Counted from the stretch's first letter, positions 9,625 through 18,861 are shown. The stretch is 64,000 bases of DNA from IMGVR_UViG_3300042891_000711:124001-188000; one strand, 5' to 3'. Notes: a model not told the origin generated them from the letters alone. A program made the numbers and translations.

Positions 9625-10059
9625 ATGTGGAAGAAAATTAAAGCGTCACTAGGATTAAACAAAGCAGAACTTGCGGCAGAAGCTGAAGCCAAGGCATTAG
9701 CTGCACTTGAAGCAGCGGCTAAACGTGCAGAAGCCAAAGCCAAAGCCAAAGTTAAAGTAGTATCAGCTAAAGATGAAGCAACTGCAAAGGGTGAACCTTG
9801 GGTAAAAATATTAAGTATGGATTTAGATCCTAACGACCCAGGCAACGGAGCATTTGAATTAGATTGGAATGATAAATTCGTAGCTAACTTAATACGTGCA
9901 GGCTATCAAGGTCGAACAGATGCTGATATTGTAGACAACTGGTTCAAAGCAATATGCCGCAATGTAATCACTGAATCATACGAACAAGACCAAGCTGATC
10001 CAGCAAAACGCAATGAACGTAGACGTGATTTAGGTAATGGCCGTACAGAAGTCTCTTGA
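9625..10059 (+). CDS. Hypothetical phage protein
   Basis: ATG 9625; Ala/Lys-rich N-terminus then ATAKGEPWV...FELDWN domain. Confidence 0.7.
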   Translation: MWKKIKASLGLNKAELAAEAEAKALAALEAAAKRAEAKAKAKVKVVSAKDEATAKGEPWVKILSMDLDPNDPGNGAFELDWNDKFVANLIRAGYQGRTDADIVDNWFKAICRNVITESYEQDQADPAKRNERRRDLGNGRTEVS

Positions 10060-10084
10060 CATTTAACCAAATTGAAAGTATAAT
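10056..10084 (+). promoter_or_regulatory. Consensus sigma70 promoter, probably giving a leaderless mRNA
   Basis: TTGACA-17 nt-TATAAT, ATG 6 nt after the -10 box, no RBS. Confidence 0.75.
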
Positions 10085-10090
10085 AGCTAC

Positions 10091-11113
10091 ATGAGATACT
10101 TAATCGTAGATGCAGCAAACACATTTTTCCGTGCTAGACACAGCGCACATAGACAAAGCGATACTTGGGATAAGTTAGGCTTTGCTATACACGTTACCTT
10201 AGCATCAATTAACAAAGCATGGCGCGATCAACGTGCAGATCACGTTATCGTGTGTCTAGAGGGTCGTAGCTGGCGCAAGGACTTTTATACTCCGTATAAA
10301 GCCAATCGCGCTGTGGCACGTGCTGCCAAGACTGAAGCAGAGCAAGAAGAAGAACAAATGTTCTGGGACGCCTTTGATGCTATGAAAACATTCCTAGCTG
10401 AAAAGACTAACTGTACTGTATTGCAACACAGTGAGCTCGAAGCAGATGATTTGATTGCTGGCTGGATTCAAACACACCCAACTGACCACCATACTATTGT
10501 TAGTAGCGACACAGACTTTTATCAACTGTTAAGTGATAACGTTAATCAGTATAATGGTATTGCAGACGAATTACACACGCTTACTGGTATATATGATAAG
10601 AAAGGTAAACTAGTTATCGATAAGAAAACTAAAGAGCCTAAGAAGATTCCGGACCCTAAGTTTATTCTATTTGAAAAATGTATGCGTGGTGATCCTACTG
10701 ATAATATCTTTAGTGCTTATCCTGGTGTGCGCACTAAAGGCACTAAGAACAAAGTTGGTTTAGAAGAAGCGTTCGGTGATAAGGATCGACAAGGTTATGC
10801 TTGGAATAATCTAATGTTACAACGTTGGACTGATCATAACGGTGATGAACATCGTGTGTTGGATGACTACAATCGTAATGTTACTTTAGTAGACTTGGCG
10901 GCACAGCCTGAAGAATATAAACTTATGATAGAAGAAACTATCAAAGCTAATGCAACTGCACTTAATCGTCCTATGGTAGGTGCACAGTTCTTAAAGTTCT
11001 GCGGCAGATATGACCTAGTTAAACTAAGCGACAATGCCAGCAATATGGCAGAATGGATGTGTGCTAGTTATCCATCGTCAGCAGTAACATTATATCATTT
11101 AATTAATAGTTAG
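10091..11113 (+). CDS. T4 RNase H-like 5'-3' exonuclease / flap endonuclease
   Basis: LIVDAAN, SWRK..Y..YKANR, LEADDLIA, IVSSDTDF.QL, GDPTDNI motifs. Confidence 0.9.
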   Translation: MRYLIVDAANTFFRARHSAHRQSDTWDKLGFAIHVTLASINKAWRDQRADHVIVCLEGRSWRKDFYTPYKANRAVARAAKTEAEQEEEQMFWDAFDAMKTFLAEKTNCTVLQHSELEADDLIAGWIQTHPTDHHTIVSSDTDFYQLLSDNVNQYNGIADELHTLTGIYDKKGKLVIDKKTKEPKKIPDPKFILFEKCMRGDPTDNIFSAYPGVRTKGTKNKVGLEEAFGDKDRQGYAWNNLMLQRWTDHNGDEHRVLDDYNRNVTLVDLAAQPEEYKLMIEETIKANATALNRPMVGAQFLKFCGRYDLVKLSDNASNMAEWMCASYPSSAVTLYHLINS

Positions 11114-11123
11114 AAAGTAAATT

Positions 11124-11708
11124 TTGATAGACAAATCACAGAAGTTTTTAGCGTTAGACTTAGAATTAAACCAACCCAGTGGCAAGATCATTCAGGTTGG
11201 CATTGCCATTGGCAGTGCAAATGATAAGTTTGAAAATTACATAACTAAAAAATGGTATATTGATCCAAACGAACCAATTGACCAATTTATTATTGACTTG
11301 ACTGGTATCACTGATCACGACATTAGATTAAACTGCGTAAGTCATGTTACAGTTGCACGTGAGCTCAGTGACTTAATCAAACAGCACAACACATGGATCA
11401 ATCCTATTACATGGGGTGGTGGCGATAGTAGAGAACTATTAGATGAGTTCTGCAAAAACTATGCCGACTTTCCACACTTTGGTAGACGTTGGATTGATTG
11501 TAAAACATTCTATACGTTTATGATGTTTGCACGTGGTAAGAATCCAAGTGGTGGACTTGCTAGTGCCATGGGCACATTCAAACTGCATTTTAAAGGTACT
11601 GCACACAGAGCAGACGTTGATGCAGTTAATACTCTTGCACTATTCTTTAAGTTCCTCGAACGACAACGTGGTCTTGAAAACTTATTACATGATGCTAAAG
11701 TTATATAG
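11124..11708 (+). CDS. DEDDh 3'-5' exonuclease
   Basis: LALDLE, LTGIT, WGGGD, HRADVDA motifs. Confidence 0.88.
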   Translation: MIDKSQKFLALDLELNQPSGKIIQVGIAIGSANDKFENYITKKWYIDPNEPIDQFIIDLTGITDHDIRLNCVSHVTVARELSDLIKQHNTWINPITWGGGDSRELLDEFCKNYADFPHFGRRWIDCKTFYTFMMFARGKNPSGGLASAMGTFKLHFKGTAHRADVDAVNTLALFFKFLERQRGLENLLHDAKVI

Positions 11709-12198
11709 TTCGCTAATACTGGCCGTTATGTTAGTTGGCTGTGCTACTCCAGAAATAACCAAACTCGGTGAGCAGGACTATAAAGTTGTAGGTAAACTTC
11801 ATAAAGAAGAATACGATGAAATAATCACTATAGTTCGACAACACCCCAACCAACCTTTGAATTTTTATGTTACATCAATTGGTGGTACCAGTGAAGATTT
11901 GTTAGATGCTATGGACACTGTACATCAACACGGACAAGTAAATTGGTATGCTGTAGAATACTGCGATAGTGCTTGTGCTATTATGGCATTGGCCACACAT
12001 CATGCCTACGGTGAGTTTAAACTACATTCATTCTATTCTCGAGGTCATCATCAAGTACTGGCGGCACCAGAGTATAACGAACGTATACTAAAAAAGTTAA
12101 ACTCATATGGATATGATACAGATCGTATACATCATATGTTTGATAGTGTAGAACAGTTATGGCCGGTAATTATCGAAGATGGCAAAATAATCAATTGA
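11689..12198 (+). CDS. Lipoprotein with ClpP/crotonase-like fold
   Basis: Signal peptide with LVGC lipobox; TSIGG, CDSACA, LH motifs. Confidence 0.55.
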   Translation: MMLKLYSSLILAVMLVGCATPEITKLGEQDYKVVGKLHKEEYDEIITIVRQHPNQPLNFYVTSIGGTSEDLLDAMDTVHQHGQVNWYAVEYCDSACAIMALATHHAYGEFKLHSFYSRGHHQVLAAPEYNERILKKLNSYGYDTDRIHHMFDSVEQLWPVIIEDGKIIN

Positions 12199-12223
12199 CT
12201 TTATGCAAAAACCTAAATACAAT
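12195..12223 (+). promoter_or_regulatory. sigma70-type promoter with nested TAAATA upstream of queD
   Basis: TTGACT-17 nt-TACAAT; CCTAAATA overlapping the -10 box. Confidence 0.6.
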
Positions 12224-12246
12224 AGTAATATAGACAAGGAAAACTT

Positions 12247-12798
12247 ATGACACACGTAATTGATAAAACATTTGAATTCTGTTATGGACACAGAGTACAC
12301 ACACAACGACTAAATGGTGAATATGCGGCAGACTTAAAGTGTGCTTGCCGGCACTTACATGGACATGAAGGTAAGATGCAGGTGTTCTTGAAGAGCCCAA
12401 CTGGCGTTTTAGATTCAACAGGTATGGTAACTGACTTTAGACACCTAGAGTGGTTAAAGAAGTGGATCAATGAATACATTGACCATCAATTTATGCTGGA
12501 TGTTAATGATCCATTGTTTAGTCAACTGATTGGCACACGCACAATGATTCCTGTGTACATTCCAGAAACAGATCAATACGCAGGTAGTACGCTTGATTTG
12601 AGTGATTTAGAACCTAATACGCCAGAGTATGAATACTTTGAAGGTTTCTTTATTGTAGACTTTGTTCCTACTAGCGAAAACTTATCAAGTTGGATGGCAG
12701 AGTTAGTGGATGCTAAAATGAAGAAACTAAATGTAACAGTAGATCGCATTGACTGGTGGGAAACTCCCAAGTCGCGTAGTACTTTTATTAGAGGCTAG
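12247..12798 (+). CDS. queD: 6-carboxytetrahydropterin synthase
   Basis: FCYGHR, CRHLHGH, GMVTDF, DHQF, PTSENL, WETP motifs. Confidence 0.93.
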   Translation: MTHVIDKTFEFCYGHRVHTQRLNGEYAADLKCACRHLHGHEGKMQVFLKSPTGVLDSTGMVTDFRHLEWLKKWINEYIDHQFMLDVNDPLFSQLIGTRTMIPVYIPETDQYAGSTLDLSDLEPNTPEYEYFEGFFIVDFVPTSENLSSWMAELVDAKMKKLNVTVDRIDWWETPKSRSTFIRG

Positions 12799-12799
12799 T

Positions 12800-13441
12800 G
12801 TGAAGATTTATTCAATGTTAATTCATCCCTCAGAACACAGTTTCAATAAGGAAATGTTTTCTGCGGCAAATACAGTATTTGCTGATAACGGGCATACTGT
12901 AAAAACTATTGACTTGTATCATAGTCAATTTGACCCACGTGAATTAACCAACAATATAGTAAATTTATCTAATTCATCGTATGATCAAAAATGGACCAGA
13001 GCCGAAAAGTTAGATCTATTGCCAGAATTTACTATAGGAGAATTAGAAAAATTAAAAGAATGTGATATATTGTATATTCAGTCTCCCATATGGTTGTGGA
13101 GCCCACCTGCAATATTAAAATCATATATGGAAAGTGTTTTTATATTTAATACAGTATTTACAACACCACACCATGCATTTGATACTACATTGCCATTTCG
13201 ACTATTTAAAGGCAAACGAGTAATTTTGTCTCTGACTGCGTCGGCTTCTGAAGAAATGATGTTGCAGAACTTTAGAGATAAACACGAATTATTAGTTCAT
13301 TTAAAAAATGTGTTTGAACTTGTTGGGTTTGAATTTATTGATCCTTTTATTGCCTGGGAACAAAATGGTGAAAGTGATCATAGAGAAACTGATATTAATA
13401 ATTTATGTAACTATATACAATCAACTGTACTAAAGGACTAA
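12800..13441 (+). CDS. Flavodoxin-like NAD(P)H:quinone oxidoreductase (MdaB/KefF-like)
   Basis: HP...SFN, DLY...FDP, PIWLWSPPAILKSYME motifs; GTG start. Confidence 0.8.
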   Translation: MKIYSMLIHPSEHSFNKEMFSAANTVFADNGHTVKTIDLYHSQFDPRELTNNIVNLSNSSYDQKWTRAEKLDLLPEFTIGELEKLKECDILYIQSPIWLWSPPAILKSYMESVFIFNTVFTTPHHAFDTTLPFRLFKGKRVILSLTASASEEMMLQNFRDKHELLVHLKNVFELVGFEFIDPFIAWEQNGESDHRETDINNLCNYIQSTVLKD

Positions 13442-13442
13442 C

Positions 13443-13808
13443 ATGACTATAACTGTTTTCATTCTACTGGTGTTATTTGGTATTAAGCATTTTATTGCTG
13501 ACTTTTTAATGCAGTATGAGTATATGCTACGTGAAAAAGGTATATATGGTGCGGAAGGTGGATTGCATCACGCGGCTGTACATGCGGCACTCACTCTCTT
13601 TATTCTTGTATTCTTTGCGCATAGTGCCAATGCTATTATTCTTCTTGCCCTGGCAGATGGAGTTATTCATTACCATATCGATTGGGTTAAACAACAACTA
13701 AATCGAGGGCTAACCTCAGCTGATCGCATGTTTTGGGTCTGGATGGGTGCCGATCAAGGCCTGCATTACTTAACATATATAGGAATTATCTATGTCGGAA
13801 CAATATAA
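13443..13808 (+). CDS. DUF3307-like membrane protein
   Basis: KHFIADF.MQ, HAAVH, HYHIDW.K, DQGLH motifs; hydrophobic helices. Confidence 0.75.
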   Translation: MTITVFILLVLFGIKHFIADFLMQYEYMLREKGIYGAEGGLHHAAVHAALTLFILVFFAHSANAIILLALADGVIHYHIDWVKQQLNRGLTSADRMFWVWMGADQGLHYLTYIGIIYVGTI

Positions 13809-14358
13809 ACGTTTTTGTGAATTTGAAAAAACCTGCGCAGATGCAGCTGCCTGCGCTGGACCAACCTTTACGTTATTAGCGAAAACTATTGTAAAAAACA
13901 AATGTTGGGTTGTTGAAAGTGATGGTACTAAGGTTGCTACTATACTTGCTAACGATGGTAACAGCGGAGTCACACTAGTACACGACGGGCAGCGAGAAAG
14001 ATTCAGCAGTTTGAAGTTATTAAGTGCTCGTTATAATATTATCATTGACAAGACCAAAGTAACTAAAGTAGCGAAAGAATCACATGAGGTATACGGTTAT
14101 CCCTGCGAAAACAAACCGCAGAATGCCTTATGGGACGTACAGCACAAGCTACCGGTGTTTACCAAAGGTAGTAAGAGTAAGAGTTTTTTCTGTGCCGGCT
14201 ATTACATTGTACAGTTTAACAATGGTTGGGTTAAGAGTTATTGCCCTAAATTGATTACACTTAATCGATATCCCTATCAAGGTCCGTTTAAAACCCAAGA
14301 AGAAAGAAATATTCAACTAAAAATAGCCAACGGAGGCCACGATGGAGAATCAACTTAG
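13792..14358 (+). CDS. Hypothetical phage protein
   Basis: 188-aa ORF in tight operon; FTK..KSKSFFCAGYY...CPKLITL.RY motif. Confidence 0.7.
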   Translation: MSEQYKRFCEFEKTCADAAACAGPTFTLLAKTIVKNKCWVVESDGTKVATILANDGNSGVTLVHDGQRERFSSLKLLSARYNIIIDKTKVTKVAKESHEVYGYPCENKPQNALWDVQHKLPVFTKGSKSKSFFCAGYYIVQFNNGWVKSYCPKLITLNRYPYQGPFKTQEERNIQLKIANGGHDGEST

Positions 14359-14563
14359 TCTACACTTAAAAGCATTTAACAATCGCGTTAAGGTAATGAA
14401 TCAAACTAACAGTAAGGATCTAACACTGTCTGCTGCAGATGTTAGAAATTTACATAACGATATATTTGAATTACTAGCACAAATTGCGGCATTAACTGCT
14501 ATTAAAGAAGCAGAAGAAGCCGAAGCAGTAGTTAACGTTGAGATGGATGGCGGAGGTTTTTAG
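14342..14563 (+). CDS. Small hypothetical protein
   Basis: 73 aa ending MDGGGF; GGAGG RBS. Confidence 0.7.
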   Translation: MENQLSLHLKAFNNRVKVMNQTNSKDLTLSAADVRNLHNDIFELLAQIAALTAIKEAEEAEAVVNVEMDGGGF

Positions 14564-14612
14564 AATTATATATGTAGTTAATTGGCATAAATAAACGTAG
14601 CAAGGATACTTT

Positions 14613-14900
14613 ATGTCAAGACCAAAGCCAACAGTACTGTTAGAGCATGTTAATAAAACAAATTACAAGAGTGATCAGATTCTGGATTCAGAAGGTATCT
14701 GGGCAGTCTTCTTCGACAATCAACCAATCAATCTAAAAACACAAAATATCTTAGTAGCCTATCCAGGCCCAAAGTATAAGAAAGTTTCATTTAGTAATCC
14801 CGGTCACGCAATCAATCTCGCTAAGAAACTTAATACGCTGTTTAAGTCAGAAAAGTTTTCAGTTGTGCTACTTAAAGCCGGCGATACCATCTATCCATAA
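14613..14900 (+). CDS. Hypothetical phage protein
   Basis: 95 aa; TAAATA and AAGGA upstream. Confidence 0.75.
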   Translation: MSRPKPTVLLEHVNKTNYKSDQILDSEGIWAVFFDNQPINLKTQNILVAYPGPKYKKVSFSNPGHAINLAKKLNTLFKSEKFSVVLLKAGDTIYP

Positions 14901-14902
14901 TC

Positions 14903-15238
14903 ATGTTACAAGCAGAATGGCAGGCTAAGTTTTACGCTTTAACTCCATACTCAGTAAGCCCTAGCAGTTGGTGGTATAATCCAACTAATCACAACAGTTT
15001 ACGTTTAACTCAAAAAGCCTATTTGGAAGTGCGTAAACACATTAAATTCTACAAGTTTGAACTTAGTCACGATATACGTCCTAAAACGTTTATACAGCTA
15101 GAGCGGTGGTTTAAAGAACCATATTACGTACAAAATCGTAAGACTATACACATTGTCAGCGACCGTGATGCTATGATGTTAAGCCTACACGCAAATAATT
15201 TACAACAATACTTAGATAACCAAAGCGGCACCAACTAA
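14903..15238 (+). CDS. Hypothetical protein
   Basis: 111-aa ORF directly following previous gene. Confidence 0.65.
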   Translation: MLQAEWQAKFYALTPYSVSPSSWWYNPTNHNSLRLTQKAYLEVRKHIKFYKFELSHDIRPKTFIQLERWFKEPYYVQNRKTIHIVSDRDAMMLSLHANNLQQYLDNQSGTN

Positions 15239-15240
15239 AT

Positions 15241-16773
15241 ATGTTAATGAAAGCCCATGATATAGTTATCTGTTCATTGCCACCGTATCCCACAGGGGCA
15301 CCGCCTGCAGCACCCGGTATACTACGAGGGTGTGTAGAACAGCACGGTTTTTCTGCCAGAACAATTGATTTAAATCAATATCTATACGTAACTGAATGTA
15401 AAAAATCTAAGAAAAAATATACTATAGTTGCAGATGCACTCACTCCATTTATTAATTTTACTCAATTACCCCTTAAAGAACAACTAGCTACCCAAAAGTT
15501 CATCGTTAATGCGGCTAATAAAATATTAGAACTCAACCCAACTTATGTTGGGTTAAGTGTGTTTAGTTCATACATGCATAAATCAACTTATTTGTTATGT
15601 CAAAAACTTAAAGAATTATCCCCCAACATAAAGATTATAATCGGTGGTAGAGGAGTTGATGTTCCAATTAAACAAATGAATCAGGATCTTGGGCTACCAA
15701 CTAAAATGAGAGATATGTTCACTCCATTTTGTAAATTTTTAATAGATACTAATCTTGCCGATTACACTATTGTTGGAGATGGTGAAGAAGCTATTGTAAA
15801 AATACTACAGCAAGTTGACAGTATCGACGAGCGACAAACTAATGATATGTTCAGTGTACCTATACCTAACTTCGATGACTATAAATTTGATGACTACGGT
15901 GACGGAGTATGGTTACCCGTAACTGGTAGTAAAGGGTGTGTACGAAATTGTGAATTCTGCGATGTTAATAAACAGTATGGTAAATTTAAATACAGATCAG
16001 GAGTTGACGTAGCCAATGAAATGATTGCTTTAGCTAATAGATATAGTATTTCAAACTTTTTCCTAAATGATAGTCTGGTAAACGGATCCTTAAAAGCATT
16101 TACAGAATTTGTCACAGTTCTGGCAGAATATAATCAAACTGCAACTGATAAAATAACATGGAGCGGACAGTATATATCACGACCACAATCACAGGTCAAA
16201 CGAGAAGTCTATCAGCTTATGCGGCAAAGTGGCGCTATTAATATGCTAATAGGAGTTGAGAGTGGCAGCAACGATGTATTAAAATCAATCAACAAAAAAG
16301 TCACAATCGAAGATGTATTAGATGAACTACGAATTTTTAGTGAGTTTGGAATAACTTGTTCAACTAATATTATCCCTGGATATTGGAATGAGTCGTGGGA
16401 TAACTTTTTAGAAACTGTTAAATTCCTTAAAGATATATACCCCTATGTTAAAGACGGCACAGTTGCTAATATTGCCATATTACTACCTTTGGTAATATAT
16501 GATCGAACACCTTTATGGGATCGACGAGAAGAATATAAATTGCACACCGGTCCATATGCTACTGATCATGCGCACATGTGGTGGAGCGAATTAAATCCTC
16601 GCTTGACATTAAAAGAACGTTATTATAGAAAATTATTATTAGACGCGGTAGTTACTAAATTAAATTATTCACTAGGTGATGCGTTTAGAAGTCATGAACA
16701 TATTATTAAATATTTAAAATCAAATACCAAGGAAATAAATGAATTTTACCAAACTTTATTACCCCACAGCTGA
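15241..16773 (+). CDS. B12-binding domain radical SAM protein
   Basis: VGLSVFS...IIIGG B12 domain; SKGCVRNCEFCDV; DSLVNG; GVESGS. Confidence 0.88.
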   Translation: MLMKAHDIVICSLPPYPTGAPPAAPGILRGCVEQHGFSARTIDLNQYLYVTECKKSKKKYTIVADALTPFINFTQLPLKEQLATQKFIVNAANKILELNPTYVGLSVFSSYMHKSTYLLCQKLKELSPNIKIIIGGRGVDVPIKQMNQDLGLPTKMRDMFTPFCKFLIDTNLADYTIVGDGEEAIVKILQQVDSIDERQTNDMFSVPIPNFDDYKFDDYGDGVWLPVTGSKGCVRNCEFCDVNKQYGKFKYRSGVDVANEMIALANRYSISNFFLNDSLVNGSLKAFTEFVTVLAEYNQTATDKITWSGQYISRPQSQVKREVYQLMRQSGAINMLIGVESGSNDVLKSINKKVTIEDVLDELRIFSEFGITCSTNIIPGYWNESWDNFLETVKFLKDIYPYVKDGTVANIAILLPLVIYDRTPLWDRREEYKLHTGPYATDHAHMWWSELNPRLTLKERYYRKLLLDAVVTKLNYSLGDAFRSHEHIIKYLKSNTKEINEFYQTLLPHS

Positions 16774-17293
16774 AGCGGCGGCTGATGACCCAGATTTCTT
16801 AAAGAAAGCTTTAGCAGATGACACTATCTCAATTGACTTAACTATTCAGTCTGAATTAGGGCCAGCAGATATTGTAATAACTCTATTAGATCAAATTTTG
16901 TTCTCGGGAATTATCAATGAAGAATTTTCCTTAGTACAAACTATATCAGCCACTGATTGGCTATGGTCTACTGGTGAGTTGTTAATTCAGTTAATCGACG
17001 GGGATAGTCAACGTAAAATAAAATTAACAAAATGTAAATTACAAGGGATTAATATGTTAGAATATCCTATATCAGAACTAATTACAGTCACGCAGAACAA
17101 TCAACAATGGGTAGATACCTGTGTGGAATCATATGGTATATTGTCATTATCCATATCTAATCCGATTTGTATACAAGCAGAACATATTCTCAGGGCGCAC
17201 TATACTCACCCTGTTGACGAAATTCGAGGATATCTAACCGCTGAACAAGACAATACTATAATTAAAAAATATTTAAAAAAATTGCGAATTTAA
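16739..17293 (+). CDS. Hypothetical protein coupled to the radical SAM gene
   Basis: 184-aa ORF overlapping upstream gene, AAGGA RBS. Confidence 0.6.
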   Translation: MNFTKLYYPTAEAAADDPDFLKKALADDTISIDLTIQSELGPADIVITLLDQILFSGIINEEFSLVQTISATDWLWSTGELLIQLIDGDSQRKIKLTKCKLQGINMLEYPISELITVTQNNQQWVDTCVESYGILSLSISNPICIQAEHILRAHYTHPVDEIRGYLTAEQDNTIIKKYLKKLRI

Positions 17294-17298
17294 GTTGA

Positions 17299-17327
17299 TT
17301 GACTTTTGAATATGTTTATGTTATAAT
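17299..17327 (+). promoter_or_regulatory. sigma70 early promoter
   Basis: TTGACT-17 nt-(TGt)TATAAT. Confidence 0.7.
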
Positions 17328-17363
17328 TGCTGTGTATTAAATACAATCCAAGGAATAACTATT

Positions 17364-17657
17364 ATGAAGAAAACACTTTTAGCATTACTATTAGCAACGC
17401 TTAGTACCACAGCAATAGCAGATGGATACCATAATCGAAACTATCATGGTAACGGTAATGACGTGTTACTTCCACTAATTGTCGGTGGCACACTCGGTTA
17501 TATTATAGCCCAACCTCGTACTATAGTAGTACAGCAACCACAATACACACCGCTACCAAGCTATGTGCCAGCTAACAACGAACCAATCTATCAATATCAG
17601 AACATTTATGATGGTAATTGTGCTTGTTATCGTCGAGTTTTGGTTCAAATCAATTAA
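17364..17657 (+). CDS. Small secreted protein
   Basis: Signal peptide MKKTLLALLLATLSTTAIA; Pro/Gln/Tyr-rich. Confidence 0.7.
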   Translation: MKKTLLALLLATLSTTAIADGYHNRNYHGNGNDVLLPLIVGGTLGYIIAQPRTIVVQQPQYTPLPSYVPANNEPIYQYQNIYDGNCACYRRVLVQIN

Positions 17658-17660
17658 CGA

Positions 17661-17688
17661 TTGACTTCTACTACAAAGAGTGTATAAT
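17661..17688 (+). promoter_or_regulatory. sigma70 early promoter
   Basis: TTGACT-16 nt-TATAAT followed by TAGGAG RBS. Confidence 0.65.
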
Positions 17689-17716
17689 AGCACTATTAGT
17701 TAAGTAGGAGTTAATC

Positions 17717-18244
17717 ATGACAGACCTTGTAGCCAGAGCAGACGCATTTGCTGCTGCCGCACATGGCGCAATCAAACACAAACGAAAATACACAGGTGAC
17801 GACTACATTGTTCACCCTCGTGAAGTTGCGGCTATTGTTGCCACTGTTCCCCACACAGCTGAAATGTTAGCGGCGGCCTTGTTGCACGACACCGTAGAGG
17901 ACACGGGTGTAGCCATTGAAACTATCCGTGAGGAGTTTGGTCCAATTGTTGCAATGTATGTAGCAGACCTAACTGATGTTAGCCGTGCCGATGATGGCAA
18001 CAGGGCTGTACGCAAGGCCATTGATTTAGCACATACTGCCAAGGCCTGCGCCGATGCTAAAACAATTAAACTTGCCGACTTGCTGTCAAACACTGCTAGT
18101 ATTGTTGCCTACGACCCTGGCTTTGCCCGTGTGTATCTTAAAGAAAAAACAGCCTTACTCAAAGTATTAACGGAAGGTGATGCAACTTTGTTGGCTCGCG
18201 CCACTGATACACTGTCTAAATCACTTGACAAATTGGTAAAATGA
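17717..18244 (+). CDS. Stand-alone RelA/SpoT-type HD hydrolase (Mesh1/small alarmone hydrolase-like)
   Basis: AH....RKYTG..YI.HP..VA, AALLHDTVEDT, LTD, IKLAD..SN motifs. Confidence 0.85.
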   Translation: MTDLVARADAFAAAAHGAIKHKRKYTGDDYIVHPREVAAIVATVPHTAEMLAAALLHDTVEDTGVAIETIREEFGPIVAMYVADLTDVSRADDGNRAVRKAIDLAHTAKACADAKTIKLADLLSNTASIVAYDPGFARVYLKEKTALLKVLTEGDATLLARATDTLSKSLDKLVK

Positions 18245-18253
18245 CTGTATAAT
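18225..18253 (+). promoter_or_regulatory. Consensus sigma70 early promoter
   Basis: TTGACA-17 nt-TATAAT. Confidence 0.75.
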
Positions 18254-18286
18254 GTTACACATACACTAACAACACAGGAGCAATAA

Positions 18287-18697
18287 ATGGCTTATATTAA
18301 CGCACAAGATGTTAAAGCAATACGTGACGAACTTAAAGCAACTTTTCCTAAATTCAAGTTTGGTGTACGTAAAGGTTATGAAGGCAGTTCAGTTGATGTA
18401 ACTATTAAACAAGGTCCAGTTGACTTTGCTGAAGTGTTCAACGAAGGCCATTTACCTACTAAACGTAAATATGTTCAAATCAACGAATATCATTTATATA
18501 ACTATGGCAAGTACGAAGCGTTCTTTGAACAAGTATTAGAAATTATCAAGTGTGCTCCGGCTCGCGCTGGTGGTCGTGCTTGGTTTGATAAAAGTGATTC
18601 GCAAATAGATTATTTCCATATTGCCTATTACATTCATTTAAACGTAGGTGAGTGGGACGAGCCATATACCTGCACAAAAGAAAAGGAGTTTGCATAA
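18287..18697 (+). CDS. Early protein, LPD29-like domain
   Basis: IRDELKATFPKFKFGVR...SVDVTI..GP and D.SDSQIDYF pattern; AGGAG RBS. Confidence 0.55.
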   Translation: MAYINAQDVKAIRDELKATFPKFKFGVRKGYEGSSVDVTIKQGPVDFAEVFNEGHLPTKRKYVQINEYHLYNYGKYEAFFEQVLEIIKCAPARAGGRAWFDKSDSQIDYFHIAYYIHLNVGEWDEPYTCTKEKEFA

Positions 18698-18861
18698 TGA
18701 GTAAAAATTTACAACGTATTTTAATTTCAGTGATGTTAATCATTGGTTATGTAACATTAGGATTACTTGGTGAGAATGGTTTGATGTTACATGACCTACT
18801 AGGTAACTTTGCTGTCGGTTGGGTAGTTTGGGAAATTGCCGCAGGTATTGTTGGTGATTAA
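18697..18861 (+). CDS. Small membrane protein
   Basis: TAATG coupling, AAGGAG RBS, two hydrophobic segments. Confidence 0.65.
   Translation: MSKNLQRILISVMLIIGYVTLGLLGENGLMLHDLLGNFAVGWVVWEIAAGIVGD

Noticed and set aside
9315-9845. Long antisense or alternative-frame ORFs (also 20782-21273, 22936-23343, 41556-41993, 59779-60270)
   Set aside because: They are shadows of well-supported genes, with no RBS or recognisable motifs.
17717-18861. YC depletion as a general property of all early genes
   Set aside because: The HD, LPD29-like and intervening 20061 genes use TC and GCC normally; the effect is confined to the ATPase and vWA genes.
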